A DNA stretch of 64,000 bases from Macrostomum lignano (Eukaryota): contig NIVC01000010.1 in NCBI GenBank assembly GCA_002269645.1, positions 1,736,001 to 1,800,000 of the forward strand. Direction: 5' to 3'. Shown one piece after another: positions 23,325-53,721 of this stretch (position 1 is its first letter; every line of letters begins with the position of its first letter). The notes beneath the pieces are model-generated. The model was not told the origin of the DNA. It searched no databases and was given only the letters and a program-made list of their open reading frames with translations. Made by a program: the position numbers and the translations under genes.

Positions 23325-24742
23325 TACTTAGCTCGTAATTTGCATAATTTGAGCAGGCAGCGGTTGTAGTAGTGCGAGTCGCGGTAAGTGTCAGTTGATT
23401 AGAATTTCTATAGCTGCTCAATTTGATCAGGCCTCGGACCGAAAGCTGATTTGTTCGATCTTATTACATAGCCATCGGCGATTGGGCTGGGGCGGGGTTC
23501 GGGGTCAGACAGCTTCTAGTTCCAGCAGCGGGATCCGGGGTTGTTCGGGATAATATATGCAGAGTGTGTGGCAAATGCTGGGGCTTTGCTGGGAACGGAA
23601 GGATGGCATTGGGAGGGATTGGGGCGCGCCACCGCGATAGAGAGAGAGAGAGAAGATGAGGAGAGAGGCGGGAGGGGGCGCTGCATTTTCAGTGGGTGGA
23701 AAAACGAATGCGCAGAGCTGACTGCAGGCACTGCGCGAGACTTGCGGCCATGAGCGATGGGACAGAGAAAAAAGAGAGGCAGAGAGAGACCGTTGGATGG
23801 GGGAGAGGAGGGAGACTCCGAGACAGCCGACAGACGGTTTATCTGAGCGGAGGAGAGGGGGGGCCGGCCGCGGATTGTTAGGGCAGGCAGGCATTGCGTG
23901 TAGCAATAGCGACACGACTGGGAAGGGACGAAGGTAAAGTCCTCTCTGAGTGGCCGTAGGGACGACTGCTCGAGACCTCGTCCGAGGGTTGGAGGGCCCG
24001 ATTGCGCAAATTCCTCGGACATGAGTTCCTGCGAGGAAGGAATTAGGAATAGTGAGAGAGTCGGGGAAAAAACACAGCTTTAGAGAGTGTTGAGGGAGTA
24101 GTCTCAAAATGGGTCCTCGGAGGCCCAGGGCAGAGGGGGCATTTGAGCGCTTGATGAGTGCGTTAAGTTCGAACGGCAGTGCTGCTGCTGCTGCTGTTGG
24201 CAGACGAAAAAATTGAACGCGGGTGGGAGGGGGGGGGCAGCGGATCAGCAGGGAGTTGACTGAGATGCTGAATACAAATGCTACATCATGCTATAGTACA
24301 GTTCTGCTTGTCTCGCGAAGACAAATAGGAAAATTTGCAGTCACGAGAGCAGCAAGCAAGCTATATATGATCTAGAGTGAAATTTTATTGCTAGTGCTAC
24401 GGTGTCTCACTGAAAGGATTTCGCAAGCGCAAACAGCGTCGCTAACTACTCTGTAAAAATAGTATCGTCTTTTCTTTCTAACCTCAAAAAGAAGGATAAA
24501 AACCCGACCTTCAAAAATAAGGATGTCTTGCAGTAAATATGCTCGAAACAGCCAGTTAGCCGTCAAGACGCCACAAGTACATACAGAGGCGGCAAAATGC
24601 AGCATAGAGTACTGACTGCACTCAAACGTGTGGTCACGTCAGTCACCTGCATCCCCACTGCAGCAGTGAGCGGCCGTGAAGTTCTAAACTAGCAATCTGG
24701 ATTGGAAACTCATGACGGATTTGGCCATCACCAGGGAGCTTT

Positions 24743-25285
24743 AGCACCAAGGGGCGCCAAGCACCAAGGGGCGCCAAGCACCAAGGGGCGCCAAGCACCA
24801 AGGGGCGCCAAGCACCAAGGGGCGCCAAGCACCAAGGGGCGCCAAGCACCAAGGGGCGCCAAGCACCAAGGGGCGCCAAGCACCAAGGGGCGCCAAGCAC
24901 CAAGGGGCGCCAAGCACCAAGGGGCGCCAAGCACCAAGGGGCGCCAAGCACCAAGGGGCGCCAAGCACCAAGGGGCGCCAAGCACCAAGGGGCGCCAAGC
25001 ACCAAGGGGCGCCAAGCACCAAGGGGCGCCAAGCACCACGGGGCGCCAAGCACCACGGGGCGCCAAGCACCACGGGGCGCCAAGCACCACGGGGCGCCAA
25101 GCACCACGGGGCGCCAAGCACCACGGGGCGCCAAGCACCACGGGGCGCCAAGCACCACGGGGCGCCAAGCACCACGGGGCGCCAAGCACCAAGGGGTGCT
25201 AACACCAAGGGCCACCAAGCACCAAGGGGCACCAAGCGCCAAGGGGCGCCAGCACCAGGGGCGCCAGCACCAGGGGCGCTAAGCA
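24743..25285. repeat. 17-bp GC-rich minisatellite, about 31 copies
   Basis: Unit GCACCAAGGGGCGCCAA, with a block of GCACCACGGGGCGCCAA variants at about 25036-25186. Confidence 0.95.
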
Positions 25286-26097
25286 CTAATTTCAAATTTC
25301 AGATACTAAAACTAATTCTCTAATTTTGTTTTGAATTTTATCAACAGAATATTTTTCCTCATTTAATAGCAATTTGATCTGACTTCTTTCCAGACACTGT
25401 TTCTAGGACTTCTTGGCCTATGCGAGATGTTTATCGCAAATAATGGCTTTCGCTCCCACAATCCGTTTGCCGAGTGAACTAAAATAGCCTGCCTTGGGAA
25501 AAGAGAGGAGAGAGGGAGAAAGTCGAAGTCAAGTGCGCTTCGTGGAAAAGGTGCAGCAGTCTTCCATCGGGGGTTATGACTAAACTATAAGACTCGTATA
25601 TATACTGCATGCAGTCCCAGTCAGTCACTTCAGTCAACTATTCGAATCCAGCCCTGGGAGATTTCGACTGGCTGAAGGGCTAGACTTTTATCAGCTACGC
25701 CGCATCTGTGTGGTCCAGCCCTCAGTCTACGCTCGTAACAGAGAAAGTTCAAGTCGGCCCAGGAATGCGAGATGCTGCGATTATTGGGGGGGGGGGGGTT
25801 CGTTCGCGTGGCGCAAGTGTATTGGGGTGTGGAGGGCAGGGCAAACTTGCCGTCGAAGTTGCGTGAAATTTCACAAAAGTCACAGCTGCTAGTAGATGAT
25901 TCTGACAAAATATGTCAGGCCCATGCCGCTGACCCCTGTAAGTTTTAGTTAGAGGCAGGGGGCACACCCTGGCGCACTTTAGGCGACATTGTCACACATT
26001 AGCAAGAGGCAATACTGCCCATCCCGCCGACACCCCTGAGCAAGCGCACGGATACGTACGCAGCCATACGCACAGGCACACACTCACACAGGAGTTT

Positions 26098-27789
26098 AGC
26101 TGAGCCACTTCCGCTTTCAGAGCTGCTATCTCGGCGGCTGCCCTGGACTCCTGGCTGTTGCCAGCCGCTGCGGCCTGACCCCCCCCCCACCATGTGCACA
26201 GCTCGCTTGCCCTCGGGCTCCATCAGAGCCAACGATGCCCTCACTTGACGCACCCGCCTAATAGCGTCCTGGAGCGTCTCTGGCGCTTGCAGCAGCACGC
26301 TCTCCAGCACCCGGGCTGGCACCCGAATCCCCTTCAAAAACCTGTCTTTCACCAACTCTTCTCGCTGGGCCGCTGGCAGCATTGGGTACGATTTTCTCAT
26401 AAGCTCCTTGAGCACGTCTGCATACTCTTCAATGGGCTCGCCATCTTTCTGATTCCTACTCTGGAACTCGGTCTTGTAATCTTGAGCAGTCCTATTCTCA
26501 TCAAACCTAGCTTCTAGCTGCTCAACAAACTCTGCATACGGCAGATCGTCGGCCAACTCAAGATTCGCAACAGCCTTAAAAGGAGTATTAAAGTCAAGCA
26601 GACTGAGCAGCGCCTGCTTGCGCTGATCCCCTAGAATGTGAGCCGCCTCACAATACCCTGAGAACTGCTGCATCCAAAGGGCAAAGTCCTGTGTGGGCAC
26701 GTACTTATTTGGCCTCGGCACCCGCTGTGCCACATTAAGCTCATTTTGCAGACGCACCGTCAGGGCGTCAATCAGATCGTCTAATTGGCCATGGCTACAA
26801 AAACACAGAGACAACCGAAGCAAACAACACACAAATAATCTAGACAACACACAAAACCCTAAACACACGGCAGGACAGCAGGGGAGAGGACCGCTAATCC
26901 TGGTCACGGCACCACTTGTTGTGTCTCGGCCTAATGGCCGCTGGACGGGTCAAGGTTCGGGCCCTCCCCGCCTGAGACACCCCGGTCCCAGCCCTCACCC
27001 CGGCTATTCCTACCCTGTCTCGCTCGGTTCGGCGAGAGTTCGCCGGACCGACCACCCTGGGATCAGCGAGAGTTCACTGGTCCCAGGTCCCTACAGATCC
27101 CGGCCCCACGCGGCAACTCAGGAGAAGAAAGCACGCGCTCACCTCTGCGTTACAGACTTATTCGCGAAGCGTTTATTGGCACGAAGCAGAATAATCAGCG
27201 ATTGCGGGAGTCACGAGTTATTAGCTTGCAGAGAGCAGGTTTGCAGAGGGACGCCGACGAATGGGATAGAATACAAACAAAAAGAAAGAAACGTGGAGCG
27301 CAGCACGCTCAGGGCTAGCCCTTAAATAATATAACACAAAAAGGGGGAGGGGTGGGGCAGAATGGAGAGGGCGAGCCAAACCCTGGGGCCCAGCCAGCTT
27401 ATCAGCCAGCCAGCCAATACGAGCAGCCCCAGGGTGAGGCGGGCAAAGAGGGAGAGGGTAGGGTCAGCACCCAGATTGGACAGAAGTTGGGCCGGGGGCT
27501 GGGTGCAGAAAGGGGTAGGCCAGGGTTAAGGCTTACGCCTCTCACAAACCCTGGCCCGGGCGCGAGACGGGGGACGGGGCGGGGTGGCATGAAAACTGAA
27601 TACACAATCACTGGAAGGGCGCAGCCCAACATTTGGCATGTACACTTCACTGTGCCTTGGGGGTTGGACGAGCAGAGCCAAGCCGAGATTCCAATTTAGC
27701 CCCAAATTAGTGTGACTGCACTTGGAATCGAGCCTGGACCCCTGGTACATCAGAGCGCCACGCTGACCCCTGACCCCTATGTGTGAACA
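26098..27789 (-). mobile_element. Truncated Ty3/Gypsy LTR retrotransposon: candidate 5' LTR + PBS + frameshifted gag
   Basis: Gag-like translation (FALWMQQFSGYC...EFQSRNQKDGEPIEEYADVLKELMRKSYP...VKDRFLKGI) with frameshifts just after ATG 26792 and at a G10 run (26179-26188). The LTR 3' end ...ACAACA is at 26917 and AATAAA at 27177-27172. The LTR 5' end is uncertain (TGTT at 27336 or 27789). No pol and no second LTR. Confidence 0.75.
26896..26914 (-). other. Primer-binding site complementary to the tRNA-His 3' end
   Basis: TGGTGCCGTGACCAGGATT lies 2 nt after the LTR-terminal CA and is complementary to the ...TCACGGCACCA end of eukaryotic tRNA-His. Confidence 0.8.
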
Positions 27790-29059
27790 GATTTTATAAG
27801 AAGACTTCATCAAATCATAATTTTCATCTTCATTCTGAGATTAAATCATTGACTATCTCAATGATGTTGAAATACTGTTGTCATTTCATATTTTCCGTAA
27901 AAAGTGCATAAAAATGAATGGAATACATACTGTTAAAATTATCCATCTGCACAAATAAATACTTTCAATGGGATGATATGAGAGAAAGCAGATGGATATT
28001 TCTTGCAAATCTTACAAATCGTGAAATGCGATGTCATTTAAGCGCTAATTTTCCTCAATTCAAAAAAGTACAGAACGTCCTTAAATTAAGTTGTCTCACC
28101 GGTCCTTTAGGAATAAATTTTTTTCGCAAGCGGGGTTCCTTCGTTAGCTAAGAGCAGCGTTATTCCACATTCAAATGGAAATTAGATTTTTGTAAGAAGT
28201 GGCATGGAAGCTGGGAATTTTGCATGACAAAGCTTCTTGATGACTGCTTACTGGATAGTCGGTGCTAAAAGCACTAATACCAATACTTAATATTCATACT
28301 GGTAGAATTCAGCGCTTTTCACGTTCATACTACTATTACTAATTCTCAGTAGCAACTGAAGCACTTGAATGAAAAACACAGCAGAGATTTACGGTCTGTC
28401 TGGTGTCAGGTGTCTGACAAATTAAAATCAATCAGGTATTGGGAAGTTTAGCTGTAACTGAGCAGCAAACTCATTTTCATTCTAACTGTTTCTTTCATGT
28501 CACTTCCGTAATTGAAAGAGGCTGAGCCTGGGCATCGAACAGGGCCAGAAAGAGACAGTAAGTCTCCGCTAATGCTCTGCAGCTTCATCAAAAAGTCATA
28601 CACCATGCAGACGCTGTGTGGCCAGGAAGAGGCAGAAGATTCCTAATTGAAAGAAGATGATGATATGCAGTCGTGGCAAGTCTCCAAAGCAATATGCGCA
28701 CATGAGATAAAAAGGTTCCACCATTGGAGTGAAGATTCACTGCTGCTACAAGCAGCTCTTTGCGATGGCTTTCTATAGACAAAAAATAGGCTGATGCCTA
28801 ACGAAGCAAGGCCCTACTGACACGACTGCTCAAGACTCAGTTAAACGTGAGCAGCCCGTAATTCATTCCAGCTCAGGGCTTGATGCCCCCTATTGTACTC
28901 GCAGCCGCGCCTCATCTGGAATCTGTGTGTCTGGGCTGCCCTGGATTCACTCCATCCCTTCCATGCCGTGTGAGCTAAATGTAGAAATTCTGAGACCTCT
29001 GATTGCCCAGCTGATGGAGCTTGTGAGGCTTAATTTTGGCTGGGAAATTCGGTTTCTAA

Positions 29060-29420
<361 letters not shown>

Positions 29421-30161
29421 CATATTCTCAATTTCCAATTAACGCACCAATTGGCAATCAATGGAAGTATTAAGCTGCCAATAATCCAGCCATTTCTGGC
29501 ACCGGGCGCTGACCAGCCGCCCAGTGAGTGCACTATAAACATCTGGCCTGTTTGAACTCACTGTTTATACTAAGGCCCCGGCAGGCCTCAGTTGACATTG
29601 CCAGAATTCTGCAGTCGTGCTGGCAGGCCTTCATCATCTGTTGCCCATAGCGGCAGTCCAGCTTCCATTCCATAACAGTTGGCGAAGAAAATATTTTATC
29701 CTGCATAATTCATCGCCAACCACAGAGCGGTTTTAACGTCTCGCGACACCCCGTGTCTTTTTCCTGCAACCCTCCCCTTTTTTCTTGAGGTTTTCTGTCA
29801 GCCTCGCACCCGGCGTCTTTCGCACGCGCAAGGCAATAACTTCTTGTTGGCAAAGGTTTGTTTTAACTGGTAAACTAGCTTGCGCCGTTCGTTTCTTTGT
29901 TGCGGCGGTTGCTTTTTCTAAAGCAGTTCATATTTGTTTGCCCTCGAGAGTAGCTGGGGCTCAGGGCGCGACTTCTTTTAGTTGAATATTCAACAAATAA
30001 CTGGGTCGCAACAACTGGTAGTGCCCGGTTTCATTATCGTCAACTGCTAAGAGGGAAATCAAGCATTGATTGGGGAGTCGCCTATTTTAGTGACAAAGGG
30101 GAGATGGATAACTCACCATTATTTCAAGCTGATGTGTCTGAGTTTCCATGAGCTAAAGATT

Positions 30162-30910
30162 GTGCTTGACGCCATTTTTGGTTTTGATTGTGTTTGACGC
30201 CATTTTTGGTTTTGATTGTGATTGACGCCATTTTCGGTTTTGATTGTATTTGACGCCATTTTTGGTTTTGATTGTATTTGACGCCATTTTTGGTTTTGAT
30301 GGCGTTTGACGCCATTTTTGGTTTTGATTGTGTTTGACGCCATTTTTGGTTTTGATTGTGTTTGACGCCATTTTCGGTTTTGATTGTGTTTGACGTCATT
30401 TTCGGTTTTGATTGTGTTTGACGCCATTTTTGGTTTTCATTGTGTTTGACGCCATTTTTGGTTTTCATTGTGTTTGACGCCATTTTTGGTTTTGATTGTG
30501 TTTGACGCCATTTTCAGTTTTGATTGTGTTTGACGCCATTTTCGGTTTTGATTGTATTTGACGCCATTTTTGGTTTTGATTGTATTTGACGCCATTTTTG
30601 GTTTTGATGGCGTTTGACGCCATTTTTGGTTTTGATTGTGTTTGACGCCATTTTTGGTTTTGATTGTGTTTGACGCCATTTTCGGTTTTGATTGTGTTTG
30701 ACGCCATTTTCGGTTTTGATTGTGTTTGACGCCATTTTTGGTTTTCATTGTGTTTGACGCCATTTTTGGTTTTCATTGTGTTTGACGCCATTTTTGGTTT
30801 TGATTGTATTTGACGCCATTTTCAGTTTTGATTGTGTTTGACGCCATTTTTGATTGTGCTTGGCGCCGTTTGATGGTTTTGATTGTGCTTGGCGCCGTTT
30901 GATGTTTCTT
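30162..30910. repeat. 28-bp minisatellite, about 26 copies, with a 308-bp higher-order period
   Basis: Unit TGTTTGACGCCATTTTTGGTTTTGATTG. The variant GATGGCGTTTGAC recurs at about 30299 and 30607 (11 units apart). Confidence 0.95.
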
Positions 30911-31311
30911 ATTGTGTTTGGCGCTTCTTGGATGGCACAGATTGCCTTTGATGCCAGCTGGATGGCCTCTTTGCTGGGATTTCAGAAGCTCACAAGAAGT
31001 CAGAATTATTTAACATTGTTATTCCTTGCTTTTTTATTTCTGGACAAAAAAATAACGTAAAACATTTAATGCACCTCTTTAGAAATTCCATCAACAAGCG
31101 TCTTATTGAGGTGTAAGTTAATCCTCTTGACATCCAATTCACCTGAATTTATAAAAATAGCCTCATGGGCGACACTCCGCAGCCAATCAAAGCAGTCCAC
31201 CAATCGCCTGCAAGCTTGTAGATTTCTTTTCGAGGCAGGCATGAGCGACATCTTGATATCAGTCGGTCAGTCGGTGGTCGCCGCTCAGATCTGCCATCTG
31301 AGAGAATCCGC

Positions 31312-49235
<17,924 letters not shown>

Positions 49236-49932
49236 TTCGATTTACAGCGCCACTACTGCACCACTTTAACTAGCATATATTTTATTGGCTTTATAGCACC
49301 CACGTTTCGAAGTGGGGCATCACTTTCTAAGAAGCTTTGGTCCCCGGACGTCTAGAGCCCCGATTTGCCGATACTGTTACAAAAGGTTTTTACACAGCTG
49401 AATAAACCATAGCTTTAGTTATTTAACTTAAAACTCAGGATAGTTGATGGAATCGAGTTAGCCAAAAACAATTGGAGCTTAAGCCTACCAAGTAGGCTCA
49501 TATGTACTGTAAAGTGCTAAAACTTTAAAATTATAGTGTAGCTGTGCGTGTGATATGGGAGATTAAATTCGATCCAAGGACTGCTCTTTTCTTTGATGCA
49601 TCAGTGTCTGCCGACTAAAATTGCTTCACATATTACTGTCGATCGCAACCGTGCAAACCTTGTGCATTTCCAAATTAAATCGTATACCAAATTACATAAG
49701 GACAAAATAAAAAACCTAACGACGATGCGACTTTCATACAATTGGCCAAGTTTAGTGACCTGATTCATATACCGGTAGAAAAATATGCGTGTTTTTCTTT
49801 TTTTACTCTCCAAATACCAATCAAGTCACAGAGAAGGTCCGAAGGAAGAGCTGCACGTTATGTAAAACTTAAGGACACTGGGAAAATCTTTTTATTCCAC
49901 ATTTCTCAAATCTTAAAAGAAATCAAGACGTC

Positions 49933-50175
49933 TGTTGTGGCGTGAGTACTAAGTACAAGTATTGAGTACTTCAGTCGTACCGTATTTATGTTTCAACAGT
50001 ATTGTATTCAACTCAAATCATTGCGTAACATATAGCCAATCTGCCAGGTGTATACACCCAACGTGCACGCTTCATTTACTAACAAATATAAAGCGGCGGA
50101 GTCAGTGGAGACTCCACAATTCTTATTTCTCAACTCGATCGCTCGCACAAAAACCCACGCGTTCAATACACAACA
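49933..50175 (+). repeat. 5' LTR (243 bp)
   Basis: TGTTGTGGCG...ATACACAACA; matches 52375-52617. Confidence 0.95.
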
Positions 50176-50187
50176 TTGGCGACGAAG

Positions 50188-52314
50188 ATGGCAGACCTCA
50201 GTCTCAACCCACCAACGCCGTACCTGGCTAGCGCGGGCGAGCCAAGCTGCCCGTGGCCAAGGTGGAAAAGTCAGTTCGCGATCTATTCAACAGCAACGGA
50301 ACTGGACAAAACGTCGGAGGCGAGACAAATGGCCGTCCTTCGACACTGCCTCGGGCCGGAAGGCCAACGGCAGGCGGAAAGCGTGGAGGCGAACGACATG
50401 AAAAAAATGCTCGAAGAACTGGACAAAATCTTCGTGCCGAACAAGAGCGTCATCGGAGCTTGCTACAGGTTTCGGTGCAGGGAGCAGCGACCAGGGGAGC
50501 CGGTGCAGCAGTTCGTCAGAGATCTCCAACAGCTCGCGGCCGATTGCGCGTTCAAGGACCTGACAAATGAGATGGTCCGCGATCAACTCATCGAGAAAAC
50601 GTGCGTGCCACGTATCCGTGAGAGGCTGCTGATGGAACCAGACGACCTGACACTAGAGAAGTCCCTGCAGCTCGCCAACCAAATCGAGACAGCCATCAAC
50701 GAAGCCAAGGTCCTCAATGGCACATCAGGGGCGTCTCAAAAGACAGTGCACGCCGTCTCAAAGCAGAAAGTCAGAGCCAAGCCCAAAACGCGCAAGGACA
50801 GCGAGAAGTGCAGGCGATGCGGCGGCGACTACAGCAAGGAGCACAAGTGCCCAGCAATGGGAAAAAAGTGCAACAACTGCAATAAGCCGAACCACTTTGC
50901 CGCTGTATGCCGAAGCAACACGGTGGCAACAGTCGGCGAGGAGGTGAGCACCATCCTGCAAGTCGCGAACCAGGATCCGACTGCCGTCCACAACATCGAA
51001 TGCGCGGTCCGCGACGAGCTGCTGACGCTGACGCTGGACAGCGGTGCCTCCGTGTCGGTGATCAGCATGTCCGACTTCCAGAGAGTTCGACGACACGCAA
51101 CCAAGGGAAGCGGACCTCCAGCACGGCTCGTGGCCTACGGCGGCTCGCACATCAGGACCTACGGGACAGCGACGCTCCCGATCACGTTCAAGGACAAGAC
51201 GGCCTCAGTCTGTTTCCAGATCACAGAGGGCAGCTCAAGCCTTCTTGGGCGCTCCGACTTCTCGAAGTTTGGTGTGTCTCTTCAAATTAAACATCTCGGT
51301 GACGAGGGCTCACAACTTCAGGACAACTCCAAGGACTTCTTCGAGCCGATCAGGCAACAGCCGAGCACGCCAGCAGGAGCCTGGCAGGAGCTGCAGCTCG
51401 ACATCTGCGGAGAGTTCAGAGCGGCGCCGCGTCACCAGCGATTCGCGATCGTGCTCATCGACCGGTTCAGCCGATGGCCAGAAGTCGCGCTCGTAGAATC
51501 GGTCACAACCAAGGTAGTCGTCGACTTCCTCGAGGTCATCTGGTCGAGGTGGGGCATCCCGAAGAACATCACAACCGACAATGGACCCCAGTTCGGCCGC
51601 GAGTTCGACGAGTACCTGGCGAGCCTGGCGATCGAACACAAGCGAACGGCAGTGTACTGTCCAGAACAAAACGGCAACGTCGAGCGATTCAACCGCACTC
51701 TCGGCGAGGGCGTGACAGCGCACTTGGTCGCCGGGTGGAGCTTCTGCAAGGCCGTCCGAGCTGTCGTCGCGGCCTATAGGGCGACCCCAACGCACGTCAC
51801 GGGTTCGAGTCCACACGAGCTCATGACTGGCCGACCAATGCGCACCCCGCTGCTCGCACTCCAACCGGACTCGGAAGCCAAGCGGACGATGTCGGCTCAT
51901 GACCGGGTCGCCACGGCAAAGCAGCGAGCAAAGAGCGACACCGACCGTCGGCGGCATGCATCGGCGACGCGGACCACGGTAATCCAAGACGGCTCCTGGG
52001 TGCACATCTCCAAGCCTGTGGCACCGGGCAAGCTGGAGCCGAAGCTCGCCGGGCCGTTCCGGGTTCGCAAGCGATTCAAGACAACTGTGCTGCTCGAAAA
52101 CCGCAAGCGGTGGCACCTGCGGCGCTGCGTGCCGGCCGGACCGGGAAAAGGCAGCGACGACGACGGCGACGCGCAGCTCGACGAAGGTGGCGGCGGCCCG
52201 GAGGTGGATCCGCCAGGACCGCCTGATGATCTCGCTGGGGACCCGCCGGCACCCCTGCCGGTGCTGAGAAGGTCAGAGCGCGAGCGTCGCCCGCCAATGC
52301 GCTACCCGAACTGA
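50188..52314 (+). CDS. Single Gag - aspartic protease - integrase core polyprotein, 708 aa from the first ATG
   Basis: Gag with zinc knuckles (CRRCGG...HKCPAMGKKCNNCNKPNHFAAVC), protease LTLDSGASVSVI, then directly integrase WQELQLDICG / TTDNGPQF / NGNVERFNRTL, GPF and RRSERERRPPMRY. No YxDD RT motif, RNase H or HHCC. Confidence 0.92.
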   Translation: MADLSLNPPTPYLASAGEPSCPWPRWKSQFAIYSTATELDKTSEARQMAVLRHCLGPEGQRQAESVEANDMKKMLEELDKIFVPNKSVIGACYRFRCREQRPGEPVQQFVRDLQQLAADCAFKDLTNEMVRDQLIEKTCVPRIRERLLMEPDDLTLEKSLQLANQIETAINEAKVLNGTSGASQKTVHAVSKQKVRAKPKTRKDSEKCRRCGGDYSKEHKCPAMGKKCNNCNKPNHFAAVCRSNTVATVGEEVSTILQVANQDPTAVHNIECAVRDELLTLTLDSGASVSVISMSDFQRVRRHATKGSGPPARLVAYGGSHIRTYGTATLPITFKDKTASVCFQITEGSSSLLGRSDFSKFGVSLQIKHLGDEGSQLQDNSKDFFEPIRQQPSTPAGAWQELQLDICGEFRAAPRHQRFAIVLIDRFSRWPEVALVESVTTKVVVDFLEVIWSRWGIPKNITTDNGPQFGREFDEYLASLAIEHKRTAVYCPEQNGNVERFNRTLGEGVTAHLVAGWSFCKAVRAVVAAYRATPTHVTGSSPHELMTGRPMRTPLLALQPDSEAKRTMSAHDRVATAKQRAKSDTDRRRHASATRTTVIQDGSWVHISKPVAPGKLEPKLAGPFRVRKRFKTTVLLENRKRWHLRRCVPAGPGKGSDDDGDAQLDEGGGGPEVDPPGPPDDLAGDPPAPLPVLRRSERERRPPMRYPN

Positions 52315-52374
52315 ACCGTGTATGATGTACTGAACTGACATGCGATTACTTAGGGGAATCTCATGTGGGAAGGA

Positions 52375-52617
52375 TGTTGTGGCGTGAGTACTAAGTACAA
52401 GTATTGAGTACTTCAGTCGTACCGTATTTATGTTTCAACAGTATTGTATTCAACTCAAATCATTGCGTAACATATAGCCAATCTGCCAGGTGTATACACC
52501 CAACGTGCACGCTTCATTTACTAACAAATATAAAGCGGCGGAGTCAGTGGAGACTCCACAATTCTTATTTCTCAACTCGATCGCTCGCACAAAAACCCAC
52601 GCGTTCAATACACAACA
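52375..52617 (+). repeat. 3' LTR (243 bp)
   Basis: Identical to the 5' LTR by eye. Confidence 0.95.
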
Positions 52618-52684
52618 ATGTCCCACAGATTTTTGTGATGGAGACGGCCTTGGAAAATGTCATCTTTTTGATAAATGTAAAATG

Positions 52685-52925
52685 AGAGGGAGAAGGGGAG
52701 AAGAGAGAGAGGAGGGTGAGAAAGGGGAAGGGAGAGAGGGAGAGAGGGGAGAGGGAGAGAGGGGAGAGGGAGAGAGGGAAGAGGGAGAGAGGGGAGAGGG
52801 AGAGAGGGGAGAGGGACAGAGGGGAGAGGGACAGAGGGGAGAGGGACAGAGGGGAGAGAGAGAGAGGGAGAGAGAGGGGAGAAAGGGATGGAGAGTGAAA
52901 GGGGAGGGAAGAAAAGGAAAGGGAA
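52685..52925. repeat. GA-rich polypurine low-complexity tract (15-bp period in part)
   Basis: GAGAGGGGAGAGGGA-type units. Confidence 0.9.
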
Positions 52926-53721
52926 GACTGCTACGATGATCTGTCTCAAAAACACATATTCCATGTATTGATTGAATACGAGCGTATTTGTTTCACGAAC
53001 GGAATTCTGTATGCATTTGTCTCTCATTATAAAACATACCTTTGTGTGCCTCCTTTCTCTGCATTCGTAATTATACGTCGTATTTAGCTTAACAAAAGTG
53101 TTAAAACAGACTGAATTCAAAGTTTAAAGACAGCACTGTCTGTAAATGCTCCTTTTTCAACAGTCCGCTACGCTTGAGAGGCGGAAAGTTACTAAGAGAA
53201 GTAACTACTATAGAACCAATTGTGTACAGGGGCTACTGCTGCAGTCACGGTGAGAGCAAAAATGCCTGTACACTAACCATGGCTGGACTTAACAAGCAAC
53301 TGTACTTTGATCGCCTACCATGAGACGGGCAGGCAGAGCTAAATAAATTATATTTCAGACGTATTGTACAATTGTACGCGTGCGTGAGCTATAGCGACGG
53401 CAGTTAATATTTCCAGGAAAAAACATATTTTGCAAGCGAGCGCTGGCTAAAAAGACAGCATTAACTGCAGACTGAAATGCTTTCATATAGTTTTAAAGTG
53501 GAGCAACTTACTCAATTAGGAGCGCGTATGTAACAGACTAAACCTCTAATTCCGCTACTTCTTAAACTGTTTTTTAGCGTTAAGTAGCTAACTATTGAGC
53601 GTTTGTAACAGGCAGAGAGGTAAGTGCGCTGCGAGTAAATGTGCTAAGTTAATAAAATACTGCTTTAAACAGGATGCATGATCGAAAGTCTACTACTGGC
53701 TTCCTCACTTATAAGAGAAGA

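Larger units (their letters stand above)
49933..52617 (+). mobile_element. 2685-bp Gypsy (Mag-like) LTR retroelement lacking RT and RNase H
   Basis: Two 243-bp TG...CA LTRs that are identical as read; PBS-like TGGCGACGAAG; PPT GGGAAGGA (52367-52374); 5-bp TSD ACGTC / ATGTC. Confidence 0.95.

Noticed and set aside
20041-23331. Plus-strand ORFs overlapping the DAPK-like gene (and minus-strand ORFs over the mini-Gypsy ORF)
   Set aside because: Antisense shadows of GC-rich coding sequence with no motifs.
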